DNA from: Burkholderiales bacterium
GTDB taxonomy: Bacteria; Pseudomonadota; Gammaproteobacteria; Burkholderiales; SG8-41
NCBI GenBank assembly: GCA_019749945.1
Contig: JAIEPF010000002.1
Span: 11,914 to 75,913, forward strand
Reading direction: 5' to 3'
DNA length: 64,000 bases
Shown: positions 17,998 to 27,249 of the stretch, piece after piece
How positions within the stretch are numbered: the stretch's first letter is position 1
Layout of the letters: every line of letters starts with the position of its first letter
Made by a program: the position numbers and the translations under genes
Notes under the pieces: generated by a model
Seen by the model: the letters and a program-made list of their open reading frames with translations, nothing else
What the model was told of the DNA's origin: nothing
Database searches by the model: none

Positions 17998-18201
17998 TCA
18001 ATCCGGCGTCTTGCCCTTATCGCGGCGGTCCTTCCAGGCGATCCAGGCAAAAAAACCGCCGATCATGCCGACGAACAGCACGGCGCAGATGATCAGTGCG
18101 GTGGGATCGGTATCGATTTTCGGCGCAGGCTGGATGGCTTCGCCGGCCAGGACCGGCAGGGTCATCAGCAACAACAGCATTCCACAAACCATTTTTTTCA
18201 T
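17998..18201 (-). CDS. Small secreted/membrane-anchored protein (67 aa)
   Basis: An internal ATG at 18201 is preceded by AGGAG. MKKMVCGMLLLLMTLPVLAGEA is a signal peptide, and there is a C-terminal TM helix followed by a basic tail. The longer track ORF has an implausible N-terminus. Confidence 0.5.
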   Translation of the reverse strand: MKKMVCGMLLLLMTLPVLAGEAIQPAPKIDTDPTALIICAVLFVGMIGGFFAWIAWKDRRDKGKTPD

Positions 18202-18412
18202 CGCGAGCTCCTGATCAGCGTCAACAAAACCGCGGTCAGCAGAATCGCCGGACAGGCCGCAGCACAAGGCCATGCTGGCGGCGCCGGCTTGCTGCAGGCT
18301 TACTTCAGCTTGCGGGAAACTTACGCCGGGATCGCAACATACGCGCAAGGCAACGGCGCACGGGCCTGAACACGCCGATCAGCCCGCACAGAAACCAAAG
18401 CGGGCGGCGGTT

Positions 18413-18877
18413 TCAGAAATAACCCTCCATCATCCGGCCCACCCAAGCCGGCAGGCGCACATCGTCCTTGCGCTCGAACGCCGGAATATAGGGTTTGATG
18501 TCGAGCACCGGCGTGCCGTCCAGCGCATCCAGTCCGCGCACGGTGATGCCCCTGTCGTCAACGGCGATCAGCGCCACGGCGGTGACGCCGATCGGATTCG
18601 GGCGGAATTTGGTGCGCTGCGCGAATACCCCCACCGGCGCCAGATCCTCCATGCCGCGCGGATTGCGCGCGAGCTGCCGTGCCGGATCAAACGCGGGGAT
18701 GCGATCAAGATGGAACACCACCACCACATGCGAAAACCCGTCGAGGCCGGCCAGGCCTTTGGCGTAAACGGGGTCAAGTTCGATGCGTGACTCGACATCG
18801 GCCCAGTGGCCGGCCGACATCTCGGTGCGATCGTTGCGCACATAAGCTACGGGTTCAAATCGGGCCATCGTTGCCAT
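18413..18877 (-). CDS. trmO: tRNA (t6A37-N6)-methyltransferase TrmO (TsaA/YaeB family)
   Basis: Motifs GFSHVVVVFHLD, RPNPIGVTAV, LDGTPVLDIKPY. The start was trimmed to ATG 18877 (MATMARFEPV...). Confidence 0.8.
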   Translation of the reverse strand: MATMARFEPVAYVRNDRTEMSAGHWADVESRIELDPVYAKGLAGLDGFSHVVVVFHLDRIPAFDPARQLARNPRGMEDLAPVGVFAQRTKFRPNPIGVTAVALIAVDDRGITVRGLDALDGTPVLDIKPYIPAFERKDDVRLPAWVGRMMEGYF

Positions 18878-18968
18878 GTTCTGTCCGGTAAATCGCGCCA
18901 AGGGCGCGGCGCAGAACATAGCATGAAAAAACAAGGGGACGGCGCGAGAGGCTGCTGCCCGCGGCTTG

Positions 18969-19280
18969 TCAGCGGAAGATGGCCCCCAGCCGCGTACGGC
19001 CATAACGCAGAATCAAGGCCAGCATCAGGCCGCGCGCCGAGGTCACGGCGGTATCCCACAGGCTCGTGACCGGATAACCCCGCCGCGAGCGGCCGCGGCG
19101 CGCCAGCCAGAAACACAACAAACCCGACGCCCCCGCAACTTTGAGCAACACAGAGGGCCCCGCCATGCTGCTGCGGAAGGCCAGACGCGCCCTGTGCAAA
19201 CCCTCGCCGACGTTTCGCGAGGATTGGATGAACCTCAGCTCAGCCTCATGAATGGCCTGCGGAGCGGGTGCTGTTTTCAT
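18969..19280 (-). CDS. YqjK-like small membrane protein (tentative)
   Basis: 103 aa. Its ATG overlaps the stop of the upstream YqjE-like gene (ATGA). N-terminal helix, central TM segment and basic C-terminus match the third gene of yqjD-yqjE-yqjK operons. Confidence 0.45.
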   Translation of the reverse strand: MKTAPAPQAIHEAELRFIQSSRNVGEGLHRARLAFRSSMAGPSVLLKVAGASGLLCFWLARRGRSRRGYPVTSLWDTAVTSARGLMLALILRYGRTRLGAIFR

Positions 19281-19684
19281 GGCGCGACCGGCACCGAACG
19301 GGATTTGCCCGCCAGCTGCCGCCGGGTTGCGGAAAACAGCAGGTCACGGCTGATGCCGATGCCCCGATAAATGAGTGCGGCGCCTGCCGCCCCGTTCATC
19401 AATGCAACAACAATCACGGCGGCCGGCAGGGGAAAACCCAGCGAAACGGCGCCGATGACCAGGGCAGCCATCAAGCCCAGCCATGCCGAGACGATACAGG
19501 CGGCGGCAACAATCCCGCATGCAAGCATCCACATCAGCGCCACCCCTGCGCGACGGGCCTCGAGCGACACCAGGTCGAGAAAATCCGCCAGCGCCGTGCG
19601 CACCGCAGCGAACACGCCCGCCAGCTCGTCGATCACCCCTCGAGCAGGCGTTGTGTTCCGGGCTGCCGCGTGGTCACCGGGCAT
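19277..19684 (-). CDS. YqjE-like (DUF1469, phage holin family) inner membrane protein
   Basis: ...DFLDLVSLEARRAGVALMWMLACGIVAA... and two TM helices. ATG 19684 was chosen because a GGGGGAG Shine-Dalgarno lies 5 nt upstream. Alternative starts are at 19708 and 19738. Confidence 0.65.
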   Translation of the reverse strand: MPGDHAAARNTTPARGVIDELAGVFAAVRTALADFLDLVSLEARRAGVALMWMLACGIVAAACIVSAWLGLMAALVIGAVSLGFPLPAAVIVVALMNGAAGAALIYRGIGISRDLLFSATRRQLAGKSRSVPVAP

Positions 19685-19764
19685 TGCCGCTCCCCCGCCC
19701 TCCGGCATGACTCCTGGCAGGAAGCGGCAAAACCACATTCTTCTGGCGGCCCGGTGCAACACGA

Positions 19765-20133
19765 TCAGCGGATGATGCGGCTGAGCACGAATCCCGCGAG
19801 TAACGCGATGCCGACGGATTTCAGCGGATTGGCGGAAACATAACTGCAAGTATCCGTCATCAGTTTTTTCTGCGTGGCATTCAGGGTTTCACCCTGCTGA
19901 GCCAGCCAGTCCGCGGTCGGCCCGGCAGCACCGGCCACCTTGTCGACAGCCTGGTGCGCCATAGCCGCGACCTGTTCGATCGCCGGCTGGGATTTGCGTG
20001 CGGTATCGCTGGCGGCACCGGCCATCGAATCGACTGCATTGTGCGCGCCCGAGGACGCCTTGCTCAGGAAGCCTTCGGCGAGATTCGCCGCTCCGGAATT
20101 CGTAGAAGGGTTGCTGCCGATGACATTTTCCAT
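19765..20133 (-). CDS. DUF883 (ElaB/YqjD/YgaM) membrane-anchored stress protein
   Basis: 122 aa from ATG 20133 (Shine-Dalgarno AGGAGA). The C-terminal anchor NPLKSVGIALLAGFVLSRIIR is the family signature. Confidence 0.8.
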   Translation of the reverse strand: MENVIGSNPSTNSGAANLAEGFLSKASSGAHNAVDSMAGAASDTARKSQPAIEQVAAMAHQAVDKVAGAAGPTADWLAQQGETLNATQKKLMTDTCSYVSANPLKSVGIALLAGFVLSRIIR

Positions 20134-20258
20134 TTGATTCTCCTGAAGTTGGGATAAAAAAACGATCTGCCGGAAACGACAGAGCGGCCATTCCTTGATA
20201 ACGACTGCGCACATCCGCCCCGGTCAACCGCCTTTGGGCGTGCAACCGGGATGCCAAC

Positions 20259-20756
20259 CTAGCGCTTCTTGCCCAGACGCCTGGCATTGCCGCTGACACG
20301 TTTGTGTATCGGCTTCAAGGCACTTCGGGCGACGCGGGCCGTGGCGCCGGAAAGCTTCGAAGCAGCGGCTGCCGAACCGGTCATCGTCTCGCGGACCAGC
20401 CTGGTCTGCCGGTCGACGGACTCGGCCGCCGTGCGGCTCGCCGCGATCGACATCAGCGACACCGAAGCCGAAAGCGCCTGTTTGAACGCCAGCGTCGCAA
20501 ACTGCTGCCCGAGCAGCAGCATGCGCACGCCCGCGGCCTGGGCCGACTCCAGCGCTGCCTCGCCTTTTTCCCGCCCCATCAAGGCGAATTCGCGCTGATC
20601 ACGCGCGCTGGGCACGGGGCCCGCGAGCGCAAGGCGGTTCGTGCGCTGGCCAATGACCTGCGCCGACGAGATCGCCATTTCACCGGCTTTCCAAGCCAGT
20701 CGGCTCCATATCGTGAAGGGACTGATGAACAACTGCAGCGGCGGAAATGAATTCAA
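20259..20756 (-). CDS. Hypothetical protein, possibly a PHA granule phasin-like family member
   Basis: 165 aa. The segment AQVIGQRTNRLALAGPVPSARDQREFALMGREKGEAALES resembles proteins I recall being annotated as granule-associated phasins. This is from memory only. Confidence 0.5.
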   Translation of the reverse strand: MNSFPPLQLFISPFTIWSRLAWKAGEMAISSAQVIGQRTNRLALAGPVPSARDQREFALMGREKGEAALESAQAAGVRMLLLGQQFATLAFKQALSASVSLMSIAASRTAAESVDRQTRLVRETMTGSAAAASKLSGATARVARSALKPIHKRVSGNARRLGKKR

Positions 20757-20768
20757 TGTGGCTCCTGA

Positions 20769-20846
20769 CTAGTTAAACAACATGTAAATAATGACCAGCA
20801 CGATGACCGGCACCCCCAGAATCCAGCCCAGCAAATATTTGCCCAT
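20769..20846 (-). CDS. 25-aa single-TM micro-protein
   Basis: Read by hand: MGKYLLGWILGVPVIVLVIIYMLFN. AGGAG lies 8 nt upstream of the ATG. The stop is 13 nt upstream of the next gene's start. Confidence 0.5.
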   Translation of the reverse strand: MGKYLLGWILGVPVIVLVIIYMLFN

Positions 20847-20960
20847 GATCAGCGCTCCTGTGGAATCGATGTGCCAGCTGCGAACATTACCCGCTACAAA
20901 TCCGGTTGTCCGTGCGGTGGGACACTGAAACGGCATGCCGTCCGTCGATGCAGGCGCTGC

Positions 20961-21785
20961 TCAACCGCCGCGCCGCGCCGCCTCGTAAAGCGGGAGCACG
21001 GTCGGCAGCAACGACTGGATTTGCTGCACGCGGCTGGTTTCAGCCGGATGCGAACTGAGAAATTCCGGCGGCCTGCCGCCCTGGCTGGCATTGATCATTT
21101 TCTGCCACAGCGTGACGCCGGCGCGCGGGTCATAACCGGAGCGTGCCGTGAGTTCGAGACCGATGCGGTCGGCCTCGCTCTCATCGTTGCGGCTGAAGCG
21201 GGTTGCGATCAGGGCTTCATACCCGGCATTGGCAAGCCCGGCCGAGGCATCGCCGAGTCCGAACAGCGCGGCACCGATGCCGATCGCGGTCTGCGCGGCC
21301 ATCGCCTGCGAAACCTGTTCACGCGAATGCTCGCGCAAGGCATGCGCAATTTCGTGCCCGAGCACGATGGCGATCTCGCTGTCGGTCAGCTGCAGCTTGT
21401 TGATCAGCCCGGAATACACCATGATCTTGCCGCCCGGCATGCAAAAGGCATTCAGTTCATCGCTGGCAATTACGTTGACCTCCCATTTCCAGCCGGGAGC
21501 GTCGGCGCGAAACACCCGGGTCTGCGGTTCAATCCGGCCGGCGATCGCGCGCACGCGACGCAACATCGCCTGATCCTGATTGAGCGCGCCCTTGCCCGTT
21601 GCATCCGCCTTCAGCTTGTTGTAGCCCTGCGCAGCCATCTGGTCGAGTTCCTGCGAGGAAACCAGCAGCAGCTGTTTGCGATCCGCGCCGACCGACCCGC
21701 CGGAGGTCGTGGTTTCGCATCCGCCGAGCATCACCAGCGCAGGCAGGCAGAGTGCCGTGAACACCAGAGATCGAAAAGTAATCAT
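20961..21785 (-). CDS. M48 family metallopeptidase, lipoprotein
   Basis: HEXXH in LGHEIAHALREH. Lipobox LVMLGGC after ATG 21785, so the track ORF N-terminal extension was trimmed. Confidence 0.85.
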   Translation of the reverse strand: MITFRSLVFTALCLPALVMLGGCETTTSGGSVGADRKQLLLVSSQELDQMAAQGYNKLKADATGKGALNQDQAMLRRVRAIAGRIEPQTRVFRADAPGWKWEVNVIASDELNAFCMPGGKIMVYSGLINKLQLTDSEIAIVLGHEIAHALREHSREQVSQAMAAQTAIGIGAALFGLGDASAGLANAGYEALIATRFSRNDESEADRIGLELTARSGYDPRAGVTLWQKMINASQGGRPPEFLSSHPAETSRVQQIQSLLPTVLPLYEAARRGG

Positions 21786-21967
21786 GATTTCCCGCCGTTG
21801 TGTGAATGGATCGGCCCGCAGCTTGCATTTGACCGACGGGGCTTTTGCCTCCGCACCGCACAGATCATTGTTGCCGCGCCGCCGGGAGAATTCCGTACGG
21901 TCCCGTACCGTGAACTGCAGCGATTGGGCGCAGGGGCCGCTTAAACCCGAAGCGGCCATCCGCAAAC

Positions 21968-23305
21968 TTATTGCTGCTGAAACAGCACCAGCTTCATTTC
22001 GCTTTTCTGTTCCGCCCTGGCTGCGTTCAGGGTGATTTCGTAACGTGCCCCGGGAACGGCATACTGCGGCCTGAAGCTGAAAGCAAAATTCCCGTTGGCG
22101 TCAGCGGTCAGCGCCTGGTCGTGAATCTGCTGGCTGACTCCGAACAAACCCGCTATCGAAGCCGTTCCCTGCACCAGGACGTTCACCCGGGCGCCGGGCG
22201 CCGTGCGGCCGCGAACCTCCGTGCTGTCTCCACTCACCGCGGCATTGTTGACATGGCTCAGTATCTCCAGCGGCAAAACCGCCGTGGCCGCTGCCTGCGC
22301 GGCGACGGAAAATGTCCAGGCATGGCGCAGCGTGTTGCCCGCAACATCCCTGGCCGTCACCACTACCGGATATTTGCCGGGCTGCAGATTCGCGCGGTAA
22401 TTGAAAAATTGCGGCGTGATCTGGGCGCCCTGGGTGACGTCCCTGCCGGCAAGCGTGACACGCACGGATTTGGGATCGATAGCGATACCGCCGGCATCAT
22501 CGAATGTGACCGAAATGGATGTCATGTTGCTGGCGACCACCGTTTCGCCGTCACGCGGGGTCGCATTGCGGATGATGGGCGGCTTTGCGCCGGCAATCAG
22601 CGGTTGATCCAGGCGGGCGCCCACCGACTGGCCGTTGGCCTCCAGTGTCCCGAATATATTCAGCGCTGATGGAAATTGATCGAGCCGTCGTATCGTATAT
22701 CTGCCTGCATACTGCCCGCTGCCGGTCTCCTGCATGGGCATGTTTTTGACGACACCTTCAATCGTGAAATAGGCCTTGGCCCCCGGCGATCCGCTCATCG
22801 TGAACTGCAGTTCGGCACCGGGCTCGATCTGGCTGACCGGCACCACGCTGAAGCGGTCAATCCTTAATGCCGCGGCTTTGGCTGCGGGCGCCACCTGCGC
22901 GGATGCCAATTCCGGCGGCAGCCCGTACGTTTCGCTGGTCGAACGGTTGCCGAGCTTCAGATTCGCGCGGATGGTGCTGCCGCCGTTGATCCTGTCCTTG
23001 CGCTTGATGGTGTAGCGGCCCTCGTAGACACCCCTGGACACCTCCTTCAAGGGGATGTTGGCCTCGATCCTGCTGATGCGGACACTGGCTTTGCCCCGTG
23101 GCGTACCCTCGACTGTAAACGTCAGCACGGCGCCCTGGAGCAAGCCGTCATCCGAATCCACACTGAGACGGGTGATTTCAGGAGCCGGCGCAGTGCGCTG
23201 GGCATAAGCGGGTTCGCCGAACAGCCCTGTCGTGACAAAAACCGATAACGACAGCAAAAATAAACGGAGAACAGGTTGGCCAAAGCCGGGGCGGTTTCCC
23301 TTCAT
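21968..23305 (-). CDS. Secreted multi-domain protein: two tandem ~90-aa repeats plus Ig-like domains
   Basis: 445 aa with a signal peptide. The repeated module ends in G.Y.GRYTI(K/R)R.D. Then comes a Big/SbsA-type Ig-like segment (...VTFDDAGGIAIDPKSVRVTLAGRDV...) and a beta-rich C-terminus. Confidence 0.7.
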   Translation of the reverse strand: MKGNRPGFGQPVLRLFLLSLSVFVTTGLFGEPAYAQRTAPAPEITRLSVDSDDGLLQGAVLTFTVEGTPRGKASVRISRIEANIPLKEVSRGVYEGRYTIKRKDRINGGSTIRANLKLGNRSTSETYGLPPELASAQVAPAAKAAALRIDRFSVVPVSQIEPGAELQFTMSGSPGAKAYFTIEGVVKNMPMQETGSGQYAGRYTIRRLDQFPSALNIFGTLEANGQSVGARLDQPLIAGAKPPIIRNATPRDGETVVASNMTSISVTFDDAGGIAIDPKSVRVTLAGRDVTQGAQITPQFFNYRANLQPGKYPVVVTARDVAGNTLRHAWTFSVAAQAAATAVLPLEILSHVNNAAVSGDSTEVRGRTAPGARVNVLVQGTASIAGLFGVSQQIHDQALTADANGNFAFSFRPQYAVPGARYEITLNAARAEQKSEMKLVLFQQQ

Positions 23306-23317
23306 TTTTTGCTCCAG

Positions 23318-23527
23318 TTACTCGAGCAGGAAACTGATATTGGCGTTGATGCGGTATTTCACGATCTTGTTTTTGTCGACCTTGCACTGCATATCCTTGA
23401 TGTAGATCGACTTTATTCCCTTCAAGGTTTTGCTGGCATGGATCAGCGCATTGGCCGCCGCATCCTCCCAACCCTTGTCGGACTCGGCAATCACCTCGAT
23501 CACTTTCAGCATGCTGGTCATGTTCAT
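23318..23527 (-). CDS. Dodecin family flavin-binding protein
   Basis: 69 aa. LKVIEVIAESDKGWEDAAANALIHASKTLKGIKSIYIKD... matches the dodecin (DUF1458) pattern. Confidence 0.85.
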   Translation of the reverse strand: MNMTSMLKVIEVIAESDKGWEDAAANALIHASKTLKGIKSIYIKDMQCKVDKNKIVKYRINANISFLLE

Positions 23528-23612
23528 TCCCCGGGTTGTGTGTATTGTGGATTTTCAAGAAAACCGGCAGTGCTGATGCACTGCCGTCGCCCGCAGCGCA
23601 ACGGCCTGCGAA

Positions 23613-24113
23613 TCAGTAACGCTGCACGGTGCCGTTGTCGATACGCACCCGGTCACCCACCCGAAGTCCGGCGTTGCTGGCCTGGGTGACTGTCTGGTAT
23701 GACCCGCTGTCCATGCGGACCGTAACCTTGTAGGCATCTGCGGTTTTTTGCTGCTGGCGTTTTTCGATTTCATTGCCGACGTAAGCGCCCCCCGCGGCGC
23801 CGGCCACAGTGGCCACGGTCTGGCCCGTTCCACCGCCGACCTGATTGCCCAGCACGCCGCCGACGACAGCACCGGCAATCGCACCGATCCCGATGCCGCT
23901 GCCGCCAATGCCGCTGCTGGCGGTGCCGCCCTGCTGTACGAGTTCGATGGCCTGCACAACACCATAACCGGAATAAGCGCTGCCGGTATTGCCCGATCCG
24001 GGGGCGGTTCCCGTGTTTGATGCACTGCTTGAATCGCCCATCGTTCCGCAACCAGCCAGCGCGAGAAGTACGCCCATTCCCAGCGCCATTGCAGTTTTGT
24101 TTATCGTTTTCAT
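23613..24113 (-). CDS. Glycine-zipper 2TM (17-kDa antigen/SlyB-like) outer membrane lipoprotein
   Basis: Lipobox LLALAGC after ATG 24113. Glycine-zipper run GIGAIAGAVVGGVLGNQVGGGTGQTVATVAGAAGGAYVG. Confidence 0.8.
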   Translation of the reverse strand: MKTINKTAMALGMGVLLALAGCGTMGDSSSASNTGTAPGSGNTGSAYSGYGVVQAIELVQQGGTASSGIGGSGIGIGAIAGAVVGGVLGNQVGGGTGQTVATVAGAAGGAYVGNEIEKRQQQKTADAYKVTVRMDSGSYQTVTQASNAGLRVGDRVRIDNGTVQRY

Positions 24114-24348
24114 GACAATCCTCCTGGTAAATTGAAACCGGATCCGGCGCAATCGGGCCCGGATTGGCGGCCCTTTTAACGACTATCCGCCCGCCTGCCG
24201 CAAGCTTCTGTACGAAACCACACATAGCAGACCGGCCGCGGGGATTATTTGAAAAACATGTCGACGCCATTGCTTCCCGCCGGCGAGGCCGCTCTGTACG
24301 CTTCCACACATACCGCGCAGGCGCCTTGATTTAACCTGCCGTCCATCT

Positions 24349-25482
24349 ATGGACTCCTTATCGCTGGCATCCGCTGCAATCGCTGATCCGGCGTCGCAGG
24401 GGCTCCTGCTTTCGGGGTCCTGGACGGCGCGCGGAATCGGTACGGACGCGCCGGACGTGGACACACCGCCCGCTGACTCCGCATCAGCGCTGGTCATTGA
24501 CGGCGCACGCATCGAAGCGCTCGATACCGCGGGCGCCTGGGTGCTGCAAAAATTCCTGCGGCGGCTGCGCAACGCGGGCCACACGGTGGAAATGCGCGGT
24601 TTGGATCCGGATTTCGCCAGGCTGCTGGAGACCGCGGAGCAACAGGCCGCGGGTCCGGCAAATGCATCCGCCACCGTTGCCGCGCCTTTATCAACCCTTG
24701 CAACCCTGGGCCGGAACGCTGCGGCGGCCCGTGAACAGGCGGCGGCACTGCTCGGCTTTGTCGGCGAAACTGCTGCCGTGCTGGCCGGCAGCATCACGCA
24801 CCCGCAGCGCATCCGCTGGCGCCCCATCCTCTACAACATCCGCAGCGCCGGATTCGACGCGCTGCCCATCGTCGGACTGCTGTCCTTCCTGCTCGGCATC
24901 GTGGTTGCCTATCAGGGCGCCGACCAGCTGCGGCAATATGGCGCCAACATTTTTGTCGCCGATCTGGTCGGCCTGTCGATGCTGCGCGAGTTCGCGCCGC
25001 TGATGACGGCCATCATCATCGCCGGGCGTTCGGGTTCCGCCTATGCCGCGCAGATCGGCACCATGGCGGTGACCGAAGAGATCGACGCCATGCGCACGCT
25101 GGGCATCGCGCCGCTCGAGTTGCTGGTGCTGCCGAAAATCCTCGCACTGCTGATCGCACTGCCACTGCTCACCGTATTCGCGGATGTGCTCGGCGTGTTC
25201 GGCGGCATGATCATGGCACAGGCGCAGCTGGGCGTCGGTTTCGGCGATTTTCTCGATCGTTTCGTCAAGGCCGTCAGCGTCACGGCATTCATGATCGGAA
25301 TCGGCAAGGCGCCGGTGTTCGCGGCCATCATCGCCATGGTCGGCTGTTTCCAGGGTTTTCGCACCAGGGGCGGCGCCGACAGCGTCGGCCGCCAGACCAC
25401 GCGCAGCGTCGTGCAGTCGATCTTCCTGGTGATCGTCGCCGACGCCCTGTTCTCCGTCGCGTTCAGCGCGCTGGATCTGTAA
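24349..25482 (+). CDS. MlaE family ABC permease with N-terminal STAS-like domain
   Basis: 377 aa. The N-terminal ~110 aa are soluble and anti-sigma-antagonist-like. The C-terminal part matches the MlaE/Ttg2B permease pattern (EIDAMRTLGI...). Confidence 0.9.
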   Translation: MDSLSLASAAIADPASQGLLLSGSWTARGIGTDAPDVDTPPADSASALVIDGARIEALDTAGAWVLQKFLRRLRNAGHTVEMRGLDPDFARLLETAEQQAAGPANASATVAAPLSTLATLGRNAAAAREQAAALLGFVGETAAVLAGSITHPQRIRWRPILYNIRSAGFDALPIVGLLSFLLGIVVAYQGADQLRQYGANIFVADLVGLSMLREFAPLMTAIIIAGRSGSAYAAQIGTMAVTEEIDAMRTLGIAPLELLVLPKILALLIALPLLTVFADVLGVFGGMIMAQAQLGVGFGDFLDRFVKAVSVTAFMIGIGKAPVFAAIIAMVGCFQGFRTRGGADSVGRQTTRSVVQSIFLVIVADALFSVAFSALDL

Positions 25483-25483
25483 C

Positions 25484-26299
25484 TTGAACAACAAAACGCA
25501 GACGCACGATCCAGTCATCGAACTCAGCCGGGTCTCGACCCGTTTCGGCGACCATGTCGTGCACGACGGACTTGACCTCGAAGTGCGGCGCGCGGAAATA
25601 TTCGCGGTGATCGGCGGCAGCGGCTCCGGCAAATCCACCCTGCTGCGTGAAATGATCCTGCTGCAGCGCCCCGACTCGGGCTCGATCCGGGTGCTCGGTG
25701 TTGACCTGCATCAGATTGCCGACGGCGCAGCACTCGCACTGCGCCAGCGCTGGGGCGTGATGTTCCAGCACGGCGGTTTGTTCGGCGCGTTGACGGTCAG
25801 GGAAAACGTGGGTCTGCCGCTGCGCGAACACACCCGGCTCGACGATGCGCTGATCGATGAACTGGCCGGCTGGAAAATCGCCATGACCGGCCTCAAACCG
25901 GAGGTTGCCGCACAGTATCCGTCGGAATTGAGCGGCGGCATGATGAAACGCGCCTCCCTCGCCCGCGCCCTGGCGCTCGACCCGGAACTGCTGTTTCTCG
26001 ACGAGCCGACCGCAGGTCTCGACCCGGAAAGCGCCGCCGGCGTCGACGAACTCGTGTGCAGGCTGCGCGACCAGTTCGGCCTGACTATCGTCATGATCAC
26101 CCACGACCTCGATCTGCTGTGGCGGGTCGCCGACCGCGTTGCCGTACTCGCCGGGGGCAGGGTGCAGGGCGTCGGCTCGATGGCCGAGCTCGCGCAAATG
26201 GATCACCCCGCGATCCGCCCCTTTTTCGACGGGCCGCGCAGCAGGGCGGCACAGGACCGGCAAAAGCAAAAAATAATGTTTAAAAACAATACTTTATAA
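25484..26299 (+). CDS. ABC transporter ATP-binding protein (MlaF-like)
   Basis: Walker A GGSGSGKST, signature LSGGMMKR, Walker B LLFLDEPTAGLD. Its stop overlaps the next start (TAATG). Confidence 0.9.
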   Translation: MNNKTQTHDPVIELSRVSTRFGDHVVHDGLDLEVRRAEIFAVIGGSGSGKSTLLREMILLQRPDSGSIRVLGVDLHQIADGAALALRQRWGVMFQHGGLFGALTVRENVGLPLREHTRLDDALIDELAGWKIAMTGLKPEVAAQYPSELSGGMMKRASLARALALDPELLFLDEPTAGLDPESAAGVDELVCRLRDQFGLTIVMITHDLDLLWRVADRVAVLAGGRVQGVGSMAELAQMDHPAIRPFFDGPRSRAAQDRQKQKIMFKNNTL

Positions 26300-27249
26300 T
26301 GGAAACTAAAGTCAGCTACACCATCGTCGGGGCGTTCGTCATCGTTCTGGGCGCCGCACTGATCGGCGGCGCGCTGTGGCTCGCCTCGGGCGGCACGCTG
26401 CAGAAAAAATACGATCTGTATCTGGCGATCCTGGACGAGTCGGTTTCAGGCCTCAATCTGAACGCGCCGGTCAAATACAGCGGCGTCGATGTGGGCAAGG
26501 TGCGGGATATCCGGCTCGATCCCGCCAACCCGGAACGTGTGCGGCTGCTGTTCGCGATCGAGCGCGGCACGCCGGTCAAGGTGGACACCGTCGCCGTGCT
26601 GAAAACCCAGGGTCTGACCGGCATCGCCTATGTCGAATTGAGCGGCGGCGCCCGTGATGCAGCGCTACTGCAGGCCGTCGCGCCGGAGCAGTATCCGGTG
26701 ATCCTGACCAAACCCTCGCTCAGCGCGCGGCTGGAAAACGTGCTGACCAATGTCCTGGCGAAACTGGACAGCACCTCTGGTCACATCGATACGCTGCTCA
26801 GCGAAGAAAACCAGGCGGCGTTCAAAAGTGCGCTTGCCGACATCGCCGCCGTGGCACGCACCGTTGCGGCACGCAAGGACAGCATCGACACCGGCATCAC
26901 CCATGCGGTGCGCACTTTCGAAAACGCGTCGCGGCTGAGCGCCGAGGCCGGCCCGGTGATCGAGCGCATCGGGCGCGGCGCCGATGCCATTGAACAAATG
27001 GGGATCGGGGTCGCCCGCACCAGCGCCAGCGCCGGGAAGGTGGTTGACTCCGCCGGCGCGGATATCAAACGCTTCACCACGGAAACACTGCCCGAACTGG
27101 AGCGACTGCTCGGCGAACTCGCCACTCTGGCGACTTCATTGCGCCGCCTCACCGAGCAGACCGAGCGCGACCCGCGCGGCTTTCTTTTCGGTCGCCAGCC
27201 GGTTCCGCCGGGACCGGGGGAACGCACCAGCGGAGACTCCAGACAATGA
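26299..27249 (+). CDS. MlaD/MCE family substrate-binding protein
   Basis: 316 aa. N-terminal TM helix and MCE domain (VSGLNLNAPVKYSGVDVGKV), followed by a long helical C-terminus. Confidence 0.9.
   Translation: METKVSYTIVGAFVIVLGAALIGGALWLASGGTLQKKYDLYLAILDESVSGLNLNAPVKYSGVDVGKVRDIRLDPANPERVRLLFAIERGTPVKVDTVAVLKTQGLTGIAYVELSGGARDAALLQAVAPEQYPVILTKPSLSARLENVLTNVLAKLDSTSGHIDTLLSEENQAAFKSALADIAAVARTVAARKDSIDTGITHAVRTFENASRLSAEAGPVIERIGRGADAIEQMGIGVARTSASAGKVVDSAGADIKRFTTETLPELERLLGELATLATSLRRLTEQTERDPRGFLFGRQPVPPGPGERTSGDSRQ

Noticed and set aside
23178-23558. 126-aa - strand ORF overlapping the dodecin gene
   Set aside because: It is in a different frame from the 69-aa ORF, which has a clear dodecin signature, and its translation is low-complexity.
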